Assembly: GCA_050949505.1 (NCBI GenBank)
Contig: JBMNFV010000001.1
Location: forward strand, 350,284-414,283
DNA from: Patescibacteria group bacterium
GTDB taxonomy: Bacteria; Patescibacteriota; Patescibacteriia; Patescibacteriales; UBA12465
Length of the DNA stretch: 64,000 nucleotides
Direction of reading: 5' to 3'
How positions within the stretch are numbered: position 1 is the first letter of the stretch; every line of letters starts with the position of its first letter. Of this stretch, positions 43,737-53,082 are shown in pieces. The notes under the pieces were generated by a model. The model searched no databases. It had not been told where the DNA came from and was given only the letters and a program-made list of their open reading frames with translations. A program made the position numbers and the translations under genes.

Positions 43737-44594
43737 ATGAAATTCATTTTAGGAAAAAAATTAAGCATGACGCAGATCTGGCAAGACGATAAAGTCTTGG
43801 CAGTCACTCCAGTTCTAGCTAAGCCTTGCACAGTCACTCAGGTCAAAACCTTAGACAAGGATGGCTACTTAGCTTTGCAAGTGGCCATGGGGAAGCGGCG
43901 AGAAAAGAATATTAACAAGCCTCAATTGGGCCACTTTAAGGCTGCCGGAGTTAGTCCCGCTAAGGTGAGAGAGTTTAGAACTGATCAGGCCGAATCTTTT
44001 AAGGTGGGTGACTTAATTAGTGTGGAGACTTTTGTCGTTGGTGACCTAGTGAAAGCAACTGGTACTTCTAAGGGAAAGGGTTTTCAAGGAGTAGTGAAGC
44101 GTCACGGTTTTGCTGGCTCCAGAAAGACTCATGGTAATAAAGACCAGGAAAGAATGCCCGGAGCAATCGGTCCTAAGGGTCCCGCCCGAGTCTTTAAAGG
44201 CACTAAAATGGGAGGACGTATGGGTAATGAGCGAGTTAGTGTTAGTAATTTAGAGATAGTGCAAATTGATGCCGACACGGACACCATTTACCTTAAAGGA
44301 GCAATTCCCGGAGCAATCAATGGCTTAATTATGCTAGAGACCACTGGAGAACTAAAGGTTAATCTCAAGCCAGTAGAGAGTGATAAGCAGGACGAGCCTA
44401 AGGAAGAGAAGAGAGAAGAAGTTGAGGTCAAAGAAGAGGTAAAGGAGGAAAAGAAAGAAGAGAAGGAAGTTAAGGAGGAAAAGAAAGAAGAGCCTAAGAA
44501 GGAGGAGAAAGAAGTTGAGGAGACGAAGGAGGAGAAGCCAAAAGAGGCTAAAGAAGAAAAACCAGCTGCCAAGGCAGAGTCGGAGACTAAGTAA
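43737..44594 (+). CDS. rplC: 50S ribosomal protein L3 with K/E-rich C-terminal extension
   Basis: GKGFQGVVKRHGFAGSRKTHG...RMPGAIG core of L3. The last ~75 aa are KEEK-type low complexity. Confidence 0.93.
   Translation: MKFILGKKLSMTQIWQDDKVLAVTPVLAKPCTVTQVKTLDKDGYLALQVAMGKRREKNINKPQLGHFKAAGVSPAKVREFRTDQAESFKVGDLISVETFVVGDLVKATGTSKGKGFQGVVKRHGFAGSRKTHGNKDQERMPGAIGPKGPARVFKGTKMGGRMGNERVSVSNLEIVQIDADTDTIYLKGAIPGAINGLIMLETTGELKVNLKPVESDKQDEPKEEKREEVEVKEEVKEEKKEEKEVKEEKKEEPKKEEKEVEETKEEKPKEAKEEKPAAKAESETK
44398..44560 (+). repeat. purine-rich low-complexity coding tract with a 21-nt direct repeat
   Basis: AAGGAGGAAAAGAAAGAAGAG occurs at 44442-44462 and again at 44472-44492 (30-nt period), inside an almost all-purine stretch encoding the L3 tail. 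Confidence 0.7.
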
Positions 44595-44609
44595 TCAGTC
44601 CATATTTAT

Positions 44610-45260
44610 ATGTCATTAAAGATTAAAGTATACAATCAATCAGCCGAGCCAGTGAAAGACTTAACGCTTTCTAAGCAAGTGTTTGCCCTAGAGCCTAATC
44701 AGGAGCTAATTCATCAGGTGATGGTCGCTCAAATGGCGAATAGTCGTCAGGTTTTGGCACACACTAAAGATCGTTCCGAAGTTTCTGGTGGCGGACGTAA
44801 GCCCTGGAAACAGAAGGGTACTGGTCGAGCTCGAGCAGGTTCTAGTCGTTCTCCGATTTGGATAGGGGGAGGAGTGACCTTTGGTCCTACCAAAGATCGG
44901 AATTTTAAAAAGAAGATCAATAAGAAGATGAATCAGCAAGCCTTGATGATGGCTCTTAGTGATAAGGCTAAAGGAAAGGTGCTAATTATTTTAGAAAATT
45001 TAGAATTACCCGCTAAGAAAACTAAGGGGGTGGCAGAAATTTTACAAAAAATAGAGCAAAATATTCTAAAAACTGATCGACGTGACTGGTTGATAGTTAA
45101 TGAGTCCGTGGAGGAGAATGCTAAGTATGCCGCTCGGAATTTATCAGGAGTGAAGATTGTCAATCTAGAGAACATTAATCTCTTAGACCTCTTAAAGCAC
45201 CGAAACCTCTTAATAACCGAGAAGGCGGTGCAGGTGATTAATGAGCGTTATCAAAAATAA
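44610..45260 (+). CDS. rplD: 50S ribosomal protein L4
   Basis: SGGGRKPWKQKGTGRARAGSSRSPIWIGGGVTFGP signature of L4. Confidence 0.95.
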   Translation: MSLKIKVYNQSAEPVKDLTLSKQVFALEPNQELIHQVMVAQMANSRQVLAHTKDRSEVSGGGRKPWKQKGTGRARAGSSRSPIWIGGGVTFGPTKDRNFKKKINKKMNQQALMMALSDKAKGKVLIILENLELPAKKTKGVAEILQKIEQNILKTDRRDWLIVNESVEENAKYAARNLSGVKIVNLENINLLDLLKHRNLLITEKAVQVINERYQK

Positions 45261-45272
45261 AATTTAAGTTAT

Positions 45273-45734
45273 ATGGCGATATTTGGTAAAAAAAAGGCCG
45301 ACCCTAAGACAGCAACGACAGGGTCAGCTAAAAAAACAGTTAAACCGAAAAAGGAAACAGCGGCCGCCTCTGAGAGCATGAAGGACTTATATTCTCCCGC
45401 AGCTAAGAGTCAGGCGAGCAAGACGAAAAAGTCTAAGCAGCGAGTTAGTCAGAGTGCTTATCAAGTTTTAATCAAACCCCTAGTTACTGAAAAGGCTACT
45501 GACTTAGCGGCGAGCAATAAGTATGTGTTTGTGGTGGCTGCGCAGGCTAATAAGATTGAAATAGCTAAAGCGGTTAAGGATATTTACGGCGTAGAGCCAC
45601 TTAAAGTTAACTTGGCTAATATCAAGGGCAAGCGAGTGGTGAGAGGGAGAATTAAGGGGCAGCGCTCTGATTGGCGCAAGGCGGTCATTACCTTGCCAGC
45701 GGGCCAGACTATCAAGATTTACGAAGGGGTCTAA
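45273..45734 (+). CDS. rplW: 50S ribosomal protein L23 with K/A/T-rich N-terminal extension
   Basis: The conserved L23 core starts at YQVLIKPLVTEKAT...NKYVFVVAAQANKIEIAKAV. It is preceded by about 60 aa of basic low complexity. Confidence 0.9.
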   Translation: MAIFGKKKADPKTATTGSAKKTVKPKKETAAASESMKDLYSPAAKSQASKTKKSKQRVSQSAYQVLIKPLVTEKATDLAASNKYVFVVAAQANKIEIAKAVKDIYGVEPLKVNLANIKGKRVVRGRIKGQRSDWRKAVITLPAGQTIKIYEGV

Positions 45735-45762
45735 AGGGCAATAAAATTATTTGTATTAACAT

Positions 45763-46602
45763 ATGGGAATTAAAAAAGTAAAACCAATTACTCCAGGACG
45801 CCGACTAGCGACTTTTGATGACTTTAAGGATATTACTAAAACTAGTCCAGAGAAAAAGTTGGTTAAAATTAGAAAAAGAAGTGGGGGGCGAAATAATCAA
45901 GGTAAGATTACCGTTCGTCATCGGGGTGGAGGCGCTAAGCGCTTGATGAGAGTAATTGACTTTAAGCGCGATAAGTTTGATATTCCTGCTAAGGTAACAG
46001 CGATAGAATATGACCCAAACCGAGGGGCTCGTTTAGCGTTACTTACTTACGCCGATGGCGCTAAGCGCTATATCATTGATCCTGTTGGCCTGAAGGTTGG
46101 GGAAGAGGTGTTAAGCTCCCAGCAGTTGATAGAGATTAAACCAGGTAACGCTATGCCTTTGCAGTTCATTCCGGCCGGCTTAGCCGTTAGTGCGGTAGAG
46201 TTAGAGCCAGGTCGTGGGGCCAAGATTGCCCGGGGGGCTGGTAACCTAGTTTACGTTATGGGCGTGGAAGGGAAGTATGCGCAGATTAAGTTGCCTTCAG
46301 GAGAAATTAGAAAAGTTAGAAAAGAAAGCTTATGCACCGTCGGTCAAGCTAGCAATCCAGAGAAGCGACACATCACTTTAGGAAAAGCTGGTCGCAAACG
46401 CTACTTAGGCTTTAGACCAACCGTTAGAGGTACCGCGATGAATCCCGTTGATCATCCTCATGGTGGTGGAGAAGGCAAGCAGCCAATTGGGATGCGTCAT
46501 CCTAAGACTCCTTGGGGCAAGCCAGCCTTGGGAGTTAAGACCAGACGACGACGTCAATCTGATCGCTTGATTGTTAAAAGACGTACTAAGAAAAAGAGAT
46601 AA
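45763..46602 (+). CDS. rplB: 50S ribosomal protein L2
   Basis: [33 protein letters not shown] and a basic C-terminus. Confidence 0.97.
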   Translation: MGIKKVKPITPGRRLATFDDFKDITKTSPEKKLVKIRKRSGGRNNQGKITVRHRGGGAKRLMRVIDFKRDKFDIPAKVTAIEYDPNRGARLALLTYADGAKRYIIDPVGLKVGEEVLSSQQLIEIKPGNAMPLQFIPAGLAVSAVELEPGRGAKIARGAGNLVYVMGVEGKYAQIKLPSGEIRKVRKESLCTVGQASNPEKRHITLGKAGRKRYLGFRPTVRGTAMNPVDHPHGGGEGKQPIGMRHPKTPWGKPALGVKTRRRRQSDRLIVKRRTKKKR

Positions 46603-46622
46603 TTTGTAATTAGGAGAAAAAT

Positions 46623-46907
46623 ATGTCCAGAAGTTTAAAAAAAGGACCTTACCTCAATACTCGTTTATTAGCTAAGGTTAAAAAACTACAACCCGGAGAT
46701 AAGACGGTCTTAAAAGTTTGGGACCGAGCCGCTACTATCACTCCCGAAATGGTTGGCTTTACCTTTGGAGTTCATAATGGTAAAACTCATGTCCCAGTTT
46801 ATGTAGTGGAAAATATGGTGGGTCATCGTCTAGGAGAGTTTTCCCCCACTAAAAAGTTTGTTAGTCATGGTGGTAAGATGGCTAAGGCGCAGGCGGTTAA
46901 GAAATAA
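46623..46907 (+). CDS. rpsS: 30S ribosomal protein S19
   Basis: [10 protein letters not shown]..., [26 protein letters not shown]. One of the few genes here with an upstream AGGAG. Confidence 0.95.
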   Translation: MSRSLKKGPYLNTRLLAKVKKLQPGDKTVLKVWDRAATITPEMVGFTFGVHNGKTHVPVYVVENMVGHRLGEFSPTKKFVSHGGKMAKAQAVKK

Positions 46908-46927
46908 TAAGGATTCATTTTATTTAT

Positions 46928-47479
46928 ATGGAAGTAAAAGCTAGTTTAAAACATTTAAGAATGTCAACGCGTAAACTACGTCTAGTCTTAGATGTGGTTA
47001 GAGGACTACCAGCTAAGGAGGCTTTGGCTCGTTTGCAGTTTATTAACAAGCAGGCTACGGAGCCAATTAGCAAGTTAATTGAGTCAGCGATTGCCAATGC
47101 CGTTAACACCTATGACCTGGACCCAGAAAATTTGTATATTAAAGAAATTAAGGCCGATGAGGGCGTCACTTTGAAGCGTTGGATGCCACGAGCTCATGGT
47201 CGGGCAACGACCATCCGCAAGCGAGGTAGTCACTTGAGCGTGGTTTTGGCAGAAATTGTAGCGAGTGCCAAGAAAGAAAAGAAAATGGTAGCCGTAGAAG
47301 AGCCAGTTCGCTTGGATAAGTTAGCTGAAGAGGGCGGAAAACTGGGCAAAAAAGATAAGGTTAAGAAAGAAACTAAAACAGTCGCCGCTGACTCCCGAGT
47401 GAGCGAGGAGAAGTCAGGAGCCGCTAAGGGAGGAGATAAGGGTTTTTCAAATAAAATGTTTAGGCGTAAAACTGGTTAA
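46928..47479 (+). CDS. rplV: 50S ribosomal protein L22 with charged C-terminal extension
   Basis: LRMSTRKLRLVLDVVRG and MPRAHGRATTIRKRGSHLSVVL form the L22 core. An extra ~70 aa K/E-rich tail follows. Confidence 0.93.
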   Translation: MEVKASLKHLRMSTRKLRLVLDVVRGLPAKEALARLQFINKQATEPISKLIESAIANAVNTYDLDPENLYIKEIKADEGVTLKRWMPRAHGRATTIRKRGSHLSVVLAEIVASAKKEKKMVAVEEPVRLDKLAEEGGKLGKKDKVKKETKTVAADSRVSEEKSGAAKGGDKGFSNKMFRRKTG

Positions 47480-47494
47480 TAATCAATAGTTAAT

Positions 47495-48181
47495 ATGGGA
47501 AAAAAAGTAAATCCAAAAATTATTCGCATGGGAATTATCAAAACCTGGCCCTCAGTCTGGTTTGAGCAGGGTGATAATTATGTGCGCAATGTTAAGCAAG
47601 ACGTTCAGATTCGTAAGTATCTGATTAGAGAGTTTCGGGATGCGGGGATAGATCGGGTAGAGATCGTGCGGACCTTGGGGAAGATTGACATTAATGTCAC
47701 CACTGGTAAGCCCGGAGTGATTATTGGCCGAGGTGGTACGGGAGTAGATGATTTAAAGAAAAAATTACATCGTCAATTTTTAAAGAATTTTCGCCCAGAA
47801 GAAATTAATTTAAATATTAAGGAAGCTAGTCGTCCAGGGTTGAGTGCGCAAATTATTGTCCAGTCCATGATCACTGATATTGAGAAGCGAATGCCTTTTA
47901 GACGAGTGATGAAGCAAACTATTTCTCGAGCGGAACGCGCCGGAGCTTTAGGAGTGAAGGTAGAAGTGGCCGGACGGTTAAATGGAGCGGAAATAGCTAG
48001 AACCGAAAAGCTGGTCTCTGGAAAAGTACCTTTGCAGACCTTACGAGCTGATATTGACTATGCGCGGGGAGCCGCTTTAACCACTTATGGAATGATTGGA
48101 ATCAAGGTTTGGATTTACAAAGGAGAAGTATTTGCTAAGGAGGCTCAGGCAGGCGAAGTGATCGCCTTTAAGAATAAATAA
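47495..48181 (+). CDS. rpsC: 30S ribosomal protein S3
   Basis: GKKVNPKIIRMGI, KH-domain region, GRLNGAEIARTE. Confidence 0.95.
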   Translation: MGKKVNPKIIRMGIIKTWPSVWFEQGDNYVRNVKQDVQIRKYLIREFRDAGIDRVEIVRTLGKIDINVTTGKPGVIIGRGGTGVDDLKKKLHRQFLKNFRPEEINLNIKEASRPGLSAQIIVQSMITDIEKRMPFRRVMKQTISRAERAGALGVKVEVAGRLNGAEIARTEKLVSGKVPLQTLRADIDYARGAALTTYGMIGIKVWIYKGEVFAKEAQAGEVIAFKNK

Positions 48182-48194
48182 GTAGCAAGATTAT

Positions 48195-48602
48195 ATGTTA
48201 ATGCCAAAGAAGACCAAATGGAGAAAGGATCATAAACGACGCCGAGGCGGGAAAGCCACTCGGAACTTAAATATTAGTTTTGGAAGTTATGGCCTTAAGG
48301 CGATGACTCCTTGCTGGGTAACCGCTCGTCAGATTGAGGCAGCCCGTCGAGTGATGACTAGATATGTTAAAAAGAATGGCCGTATTTGGATTAGAATTTT
48401 TCCTGACAAGCCAGTAACTGCTAAAGGCGGAGAGGTTCCTATGGGTAAAGGAAAAGGAACCGTGAGCCATTACGTTGCCATTGTTAAACCAGGAATGATT
48501 ATGTTTGAAATGGAAGGAGTGGATAAGGAGACCGCTAAGCAGGCTATGGAATTAGCTGGTCATAAGTTGCCAGTTAAAACGCAGTTTATTAGCCAGGAGT
48601 AA
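48195..48602 (+). CDS. rplP: 50S ribosomal protein L16
   Basis: MLMPKKTKWRKDHKRRRGG, ARQIEAARRVMTRYVKKNGRIWIRIFPDKPVT, MGKGKG. Confidence 0.95.
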   Translation: MLMPKKTKWRKDHKRRRGGKATRNLNISFGSYGLKAMTPCWVTARQIEAARRVMTRYVKKNGRIWIRIFPDKPVTAKGGEVPMGKGKGTVSHYVAIVKPGMIMFEMEGVDKETAKQAMELAGHKLPVKTQFISQE

Positions 48603-48619
48603 TAAGCAAGTAAAATAAT

Positions 48620-48805
48620 ATGAAGATTAAAGATTTAAAAAATAAAGATACTAAGGAGCTGCAAAGCTTGTTAGCCGTCAACCGAGAAAAGTTGCGCGAG
48701 CTAAGATTTAAAGACTCCAATAAGCAGTTAAAGAATATTAGAGAAATAAGGACAACCCGATTATTGATTGCTCGTCTCTTAACTTTATTAAATAAGCAAA
48801 AATAA
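48620..48805 (+). CDS. rpmC: 50S ribosomal protein L29
   Basis: 61 aa, LRELRFK...QLKNIREIRTTRLLIARLLT pattern, located between rplP and rpsQ. Confidence 0.9.
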   Translation: MKIKDLKNKDTKELQSLLAVNREKLRELRFKDSNKQLKNIREIRTTRLLIARLLTLLNKQK

Positions 48806-48806
48806 T

Positions 48807-49079
48807 ATGCCAGCCAAGAAAGCAACGACAACTACCAAGCCTGAGGCAATTCAAAGAAAATTTACCGGAGTGGTGGTTAGTAGCAAGAGTGATAAAACTA
48901 TAATTGTTGAGGTTAGCTCAGTTAAGGTGCATCCTAAATATAAGAAGCGCTATACCGTTAAGTCTCGCTATCAGGTTCATGATGAGCAGAATGAATATCG
49001 TGACGGTGATCAAGTAACCTTTATTCAATGCCGCCCTCTAAGCAAAGAAAAGCGTTGGCGAGTAATTAAAGTTAAGTAA
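48807..49079 (+). CDS. rpsQ: 30S ribosomal protein S17
   Basis: [16 protein letters not shown]...HPKYKKRY...[27 protein letters not shown]. Confidence 0.95.
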   Translation: MPAKKATTTTKPEAIQRKFTGVVVSSKSDKTIIVEVSSVKVHPKYKKRYTVKSRYQVHDEQNEYRDGDQVTFIQCRPLSKEKRWRVIKVK

Positions 49080-49084
49080 GTTAT

Positions 49085-49459
49085 ATGATACAAACTGAAA
49101 CATATTTAAAAGTAGCCGATAATTCTGGGGCCCGAGAAATTATGTGTATTAAAGTTCTCGGTGGTTCTAGGCGACGTTATGCTGGAGTTGGCGATGTGAT
49201 TGTGGCGACAGTCAAAAGCGCTACCCCACATAGCGCCATTAAAAAAGGTGATATTATTAGAGCAGTAGTAGTGAGAACGGCTAAGGAAATTAGGCGAGCG
49301 GATGGCTCATACTTACGCTTTAGTGATAATGCGGCAGTAGTGATTAATGATATTAAAAAGAAGGAGCCTAAGGGAACCCGAATCTTTGGTCCAGTGGCTA
49401 GAGAGGTTAGGCGAGCAGGCTTTGTTAAAATTGCCTCTTTAGCTCCAGAGGTCTTGTAA
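49085..49459 (+). CDS. rplN: 50S ribosomal protein L14
   Basis: [37 protein letters not shown]. Confidence 0.97.
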   Translation: MIQTETYLKVADNSGAREIMCIKVLGGSRRRYAGVGDVIVATVKSATPHSAIKKGDIIRAVVVRTAKEIRRADGSYLRFSDNAAVVINDIKKKEPKGTRIFGPVAREVRRAGFVKIASLAPEVL

Positions 49460-49479
49460 TTTTAGACTTAGAGAAATAT

Positions 49480-49803
49480 ATGAATATTAAAAAGAATGAC
49501 AAAGTAAAAATTATTAGCGGCAAAGACAGGGGGAAGACGGGGAAGGTTTTACAAGTAATGAGAAAAGAAGGGCGAGTTAGTATTGAAGGACTTAATTTGT
49601 TAATTAAGCATTTGCGTCCTAGTCGTAGTAATGAAAAAGGACAAAGAATAGAGTTTCCAGGCTTTATTAACGTCTCTAATGTTGCTTTAGTTTGTCCTAA
49701 GTGTGGGAAAACCACTCGGATCGCCAAGCAAATAGTTCAAACTGAGTCAGGCAAGAGCAAGAAATATCGCGCTTGTAAGAAGTGCCAAGCGGTGATTGAT
49801 TAA
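49480..49803 (+). CDS. rplX: 50S ribosomal protein L24
   Basis: KKNDKVKIISGKDRGKTGKVLQV KOW motif. C-terminal CPKCGK...CKKC zinc-ribbon-like extension. Confidence 0.93.
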   Translation: MNIKKNDKVKIISGKDRGKTGKVLQVMRKEGRVSIEGLNLLIKHLRPSRSNEKGQRIEFPGFINVSNVALVCPKCGKTTRIAKQIVQTESGKSKKYRACKKCQAVID

Positions 49804-49808
49804 TTTAA

Positions 49809-50363
49809 ATGTATATGAGATTAAAAGAGAAATATAAAAAAGAAGTGAGTCAGGCCCTAAAAGAGAAGTTTGCTTATCCTAATCAGATGATGATTCCTCG
49901 CCTAGAGAAGGTGGTTATCAATGTTGGCTTTGGTCGTCACTTTAAGGAAAAAGAATATATTGCGAGCGTGGAAAAAGGTCTAACCAAGTTAAGTGGCCAA
50001 AAGATTGTTTTCACTAAAGCTAAAAAATCAATTGCGGCCTTTAAAATTAGAGACGGAATGATTATTGGCGCTAAGGTTACCTTGCGAGGAGAACGAATGT
50101 TTGATTTTGTAGAAAAATTAGTTCACATTACCTTTCCCCGAGTACGAGACTTTAGGGGGATAGCGGAGAAGTCAGTAGACCAGAAGGGTAATTTGACGGT
50201 AGGCTTTAAGGAGTTTGTCGCTTTCCCAGAAATTAGAGCTGATGAAATTAATCACATTTTTGGTCTAGAGGTTACCGTAGTTAGTTCAGCTAATAATCAC
50301 GAGGAAGGTTTGGAACTCTTCCGCCTCCTAGGCTTTCCCTTTAAAAAAGAAATTAAGAAATAA
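49809..50363 (+). CDS. rplE: 50S ribosomal protein L5
   Basis: [10 protein letters not shown]..., [15 protein letters not shown]....IFGLEVT. The true start may be the second ATG at 49815. Confidence 0.95.
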   Translation: MYMRLKEKYKKEVSQALKEKFAYPNQMMIPRLEKVVINVGFGRHFKEKEYIASVEKGLTKLSGQKIVFTKAKKSIAAFKIRDGMIIGAKVTLRGERMFDFVEKLVHITFPRVRDFRGIAEKSVDQKGNLTVGFKEFVAFPEIRADEINHIFGLEVTVVSSANNHEEGLELFRLLGFPFKKEIKK

Positions 50364-50368
50364 ATATT

Positions 50369-50554
50369 ATGGCTAGAGTTGCATTAATTGTTAAAGCAAA
50401 GAGAAAACCCAAGTTTTCTACCCGAAAGATAAATCGCTGTTGGCGCTGTGGTCGTCACCAGGGGTATATTGGCGATTTTAAATTGTGCCGAATTTGCTTT
50501 AGAGAATTAGCAGATAATGGTGACCTGCCCGGAATTACCAAGTCTAGTTGGTAG
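50369..50554 (+). CDS. rpsN: 30S ribosomal protein S14, zinc-binding type Z
   Basis: 61 aa with CWRCGR...CRICFR (CxxC...CxxC) and a terminal KSSW. Confidence 0.95.
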   Translation: MARVALIVKAKRKPKFSTRKINRCWRCGRHQGYIGDFKLCRICFRELADNGDLPGITKSSW

Positions 50555-50589
50555 TCTAGTTTATAAGTTATTAAGTTATTAATAAAAAT

Positions 50590-51000
50590 ATGATGGATCC
50601 CATCGCAGACATGTTTACAAGAATTAGAAATGCCTCCGCTGTGAAAAAGACAGAGTTAGTTTTGCCGATGAGCAAGTTAAAGTATGAGGTGGCGAAGATC
50701 TTAGAACGAGAGTCTTGGATTAAAAAAGTAGAGGTACTCACTGGCAGCTTAAGTGGCCAGCGAACTAATTTTGATGAATTAAAGATTCACTTGAAGTATA
50801 AAAAGAGTGGCCGTCCTCAAATATCATCTATTCAAAGAATTAGTCGCCCTAGTTTAAAGATTTATGTGAGCAAGAATGAAATTCCCACAGTGTTAAATGG
50901 TCAAGGCATGGCTATTTTATCTACCTCTCAAGGACTAATGACTGGGCGGGAAGCGAAGAAGCAAGGCATCGGTGGTGAGGTCTTGGGGGAAATATTTTAA
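50590..51000 (+). CDS. rpsH: 30S ribosomal protein S8
   Basis: DPIADMFTRIRNA N-terminus, GMAILSTSQGLMT, GGEVLGEIF. Confidence 0.95.
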   Translation: MMDPIADMFTRIRNASAVKKTELVLPMSKLKYEVAKILERESWIKKVEVLTGSLSGQRTNFDELKIHLKYKKSGRPQISSIQRISRPSLKIYVSKNEIPTVLNGQGMAILSTSQGLMTGREAKKQGIGGEVLGEIF

Positions 51001-51021
51001 TAAGCAATAATTATAAGCATT

Positions 51022-51567
51022 ATGTCACGTTTAGGAAAATTACCAATTAAATTACCCGCCGGAGTCCAAGTTTCCCTGGAGCAGGAATTAGTTAAATTCA
51101 AAGGCCCTAAGGGAGAATTACAGTTAACCAAACATCCGTTAATAGAGATTAAATTAGAGGCTGATGAACTATTAGTTACACCTTACAGTCAGGACGACAA
51201 AGAGTCGCGTTCCTTGTGGGGACTAATGTGGAGCCTGGTTAATAATTCAGTGCTAGGAGTTAGTGAAGGTTTTGAAAAGAAATTAGAAGTTAATGGAGTG
51301 GGCTACCGAGTGACTGAGGCTGGCAACAAATTAAACCTTAATCTCGGCTACTCTCATCCAATTGAATTCCCCCTACCAACAGGAATTAGCGCTCAGGTAG
51401 AGGGAAATATTATTACCGTTAGAGGAATAGATAAGGCTCTGGTAGGCGAAGTAGCGGCTAATATTAGAAAGCTACGCAAACCCGAACCCTATAAGGGCAA
51501 GGGAATTAGGTATGTAGATGAAGTTGTTAGACGTAAGGTTGGTAAAACTGCCGCTAAGTCTAAATAA
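51022..51567 (+). CDS. rplF: 50S ribosomal protein L6
   Basis: MSRLGKLPIKLPAGVQV, GVGYRV, GYSHPIEF, PEPYKGKGIRY. Confidence 0.95.
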   Translation: MSRLGKLPIKLPAGVQVSLEQELVKFKGPKGELQLTKHPLIEIKLEADELLVTPYSQDDKESRSLWGLMWSLVNNSVLGVSEGFEKKLEVNGVGYRVTEAGNKLNLNLGYSHPIEFPLPTGISAQVEGNIITVRGIDKALVGEVAANIRKLRKPEPYKGKGIRYVDEVVRRKVGKTAAKSK

Positions 51568-51586
51568 TTAGCAGTGATTAAATTAT

Positions 51587-51940
51587 ATGGATAAAAATAA
51601 AGTCAATAATTTGTTAATAAAACGACGTCAGGCCCGAGTCCGAGCCATCGTTTCTGGGACCGCTGAGCGACCCCGACTTAGTGTTTTTCGTTCTAACCGA
51701 GGATTGTTTGTGCAGCTAATAGATGACTTAGCCGGAAAAACTCTATTAAGTATTTCTAGCCTAGGTTCTCAGACTAAGGGGGATAAGGTTAGTCAGGCTA
51801 AAGAGTTGGGGTTAAGCTTAGCTAAACAAGCTCAGGCGCTAAAGATAACCACAGTAGTTTTTGATCGAGGCTCTAATAAATATCATGGCCGAGTTAAGGC
51901 TTTAGCAGAAGGGGCCCGTGAGGGAGGGTTAATTTTTTAA
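51587..51940 (+). CDS. rplR: 50S ribosomal protein L18
   Basis: RRQARVRA...PRLSVFRSNRGLFVQLIDD, VFDRG...YHGRVKALAEGAREGGL. Confidence 0.95.
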   Translation: MDKNKVNNLLIKRRQARVRAIVSGTAERPRLSVFRSNRGLFVQLIDDLAGKTLLSISSLGSQTKGDKVSQAKELGLSLAKQAQALKITTVVFDRGSNKYHGRVKALAEGAREGGLIF

Positions 51941-51976
51941 ATTTATTATCCGCCAGGCGGAATTAAGTAATCTATT

Positions 51977-52645
51977 ATGTCAGATACTAAAAAAGTAATT
52001 AAAGAAGATCACGAGAATAAGGGTCTTAGCAAAAAAGCTAAAGTAGTGGTAGCTGAGGATATCTATAGCAAAAAGAAGACTGATCGGGAGGGTGCTTTTA
52101 GGGGGGCCCGACGAGGGAAACGTGATGACCGAGCTAAAGATGAATTTGAGCAAAGAATTTTAGAAATTGCTCGAGTTACGAGAGTGATGGCTGGAGGTAA
52201 GCGAATGAACTTCCGAGCCTGTGTAGCAGTGGGAGACAAGAAGGGAACGGTTGGAGTAGGCTTAGGTAAGGGGGCAGACGTAACTATTGCAGTCAATAAG
52301 GCAGTCAATCAGGCTAAAAAGAATTTAATTAAAGTAGCGATTGTTAACAAAACTATTCCTCATGAGGTTAAGTTGAAGGTGGGAGCAGCTAGACAATTAA
52401 TTAAGCCGGCTAAAGAAGGACGAGGAGTGGTTGCGGGAGGAGTGAGTCGCATCATCTTTGAATTAGCGGGAGTGGAAAATATTACTAGCAAGACTTTTGG
52501 AACAAATAATAAAGTTAACAATGCTCGCTGTACTATAGAAGCACTACGACGTTTGAGACGACAGGAGGTTAAGGGAGAGTCTCAAGTTGAAGGCAAGAAG
52601 GCTAAGGCCAAGGTAGCATCAGTGAGTCAAGAATCAAAAGAATAA
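51977..52645 (+). CDS. rpsE: 30S ribosomal protein S5 with charged N-terminal extension
   Basis: The core starts near ILEIARVTRVMAGGKRMNFRACVAVGDKKGTVGVGLGKG. It is preceded by about 55 aa of K/E/D-rich sequence. Confidence 0.93.
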   Translation: MSDTKKVIKEDHENKGLSKKAKVVVAEDIYSKKKTDREGAFRGARRGKRDDRAKDEFEQRILEIARVTRVMAGGKRMNFRACVAVGDKKGTVGVGLGKGADVTIAVNKAVNQAKKNLIKVAIVNKTIPHEVKLKVGAARQLIKPAKEGRGVVAGGVSRIIFELAGVENITSKTFGTNNKVNNARCTIEALRRLRRQEVKGESQVEGKKAKAKVASVSQESKE

Positions 52646-52657
52646 TTTTATACTAAT

Positions 52658-53071
52658 ATGTTATCAATTAATACCATTAAGGCGGCCAAGGGTTCAGCTA
52701 AAAAAACCAAGCGAGTGGGGCGAGGTAAGGCCTCTGGTCTAGGTGCTTATAGTACTAAAGGGATAAAAGGGCAGAAGGCGCGCTCAGGAGTGAGTAATTT
52801 AAAGCGCTTGGGAATGAAACAGCAATTATTGACTATTCCTAAGTCAAGAGGCTTTAAGTCTTTTCAGCCAAAAAATCAAGTCTTAAATGTTAAGGTGATT
52901 AATGCTAATTTTGCCGCTGGAGAGGTGGTTAGCCCTACTAGCCTATTAGAGAAAAAACTGATTAAGACTACTCAGGTGCCAGTTAAAATTTTAGGTAAAG
53001 AAAAATTAACCGTTAAAGTTAGTTTTGAAAAAGTGCTATTAAGTGAGTCAGTCAAAGCTCAACTTAGTTAA
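52658..53071 (+). CDS. rplO: 50S ribosomal protein L15
   Basis: KRVGRGKASGLGAYSTKGIKGQKARSG signature. It follows rpsE after only 12 nt, so there is no rpmD. Confidence 0.93.
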   Translation: MLSINTIKAAKGSAKKTKRVGRGKASGLGAYSTKGIKGQKARSGVSNLKRLGMKQQLLTIPKSRGFKSFQPKNQVLNVKVINANFAAGEVVSPTSLLEKKLIKTTQVPVKILGKEKLTVKVSFEKVLLSESVKAQLS

Positions 53072-53082
53072 ATAATACGCGT

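Noticed and set aside
44288-44572. 94-aa S/F-rich minus-strand ORF and purine-rich repeats, which could be mistaken for a tandem-repeat element or a gene.
   Set aside because: It is the complement of the K/E-rich L3 tail. The repeat is coding low complexity in the plus-strand frame that continues uninterrupted from the conserved L3 core.
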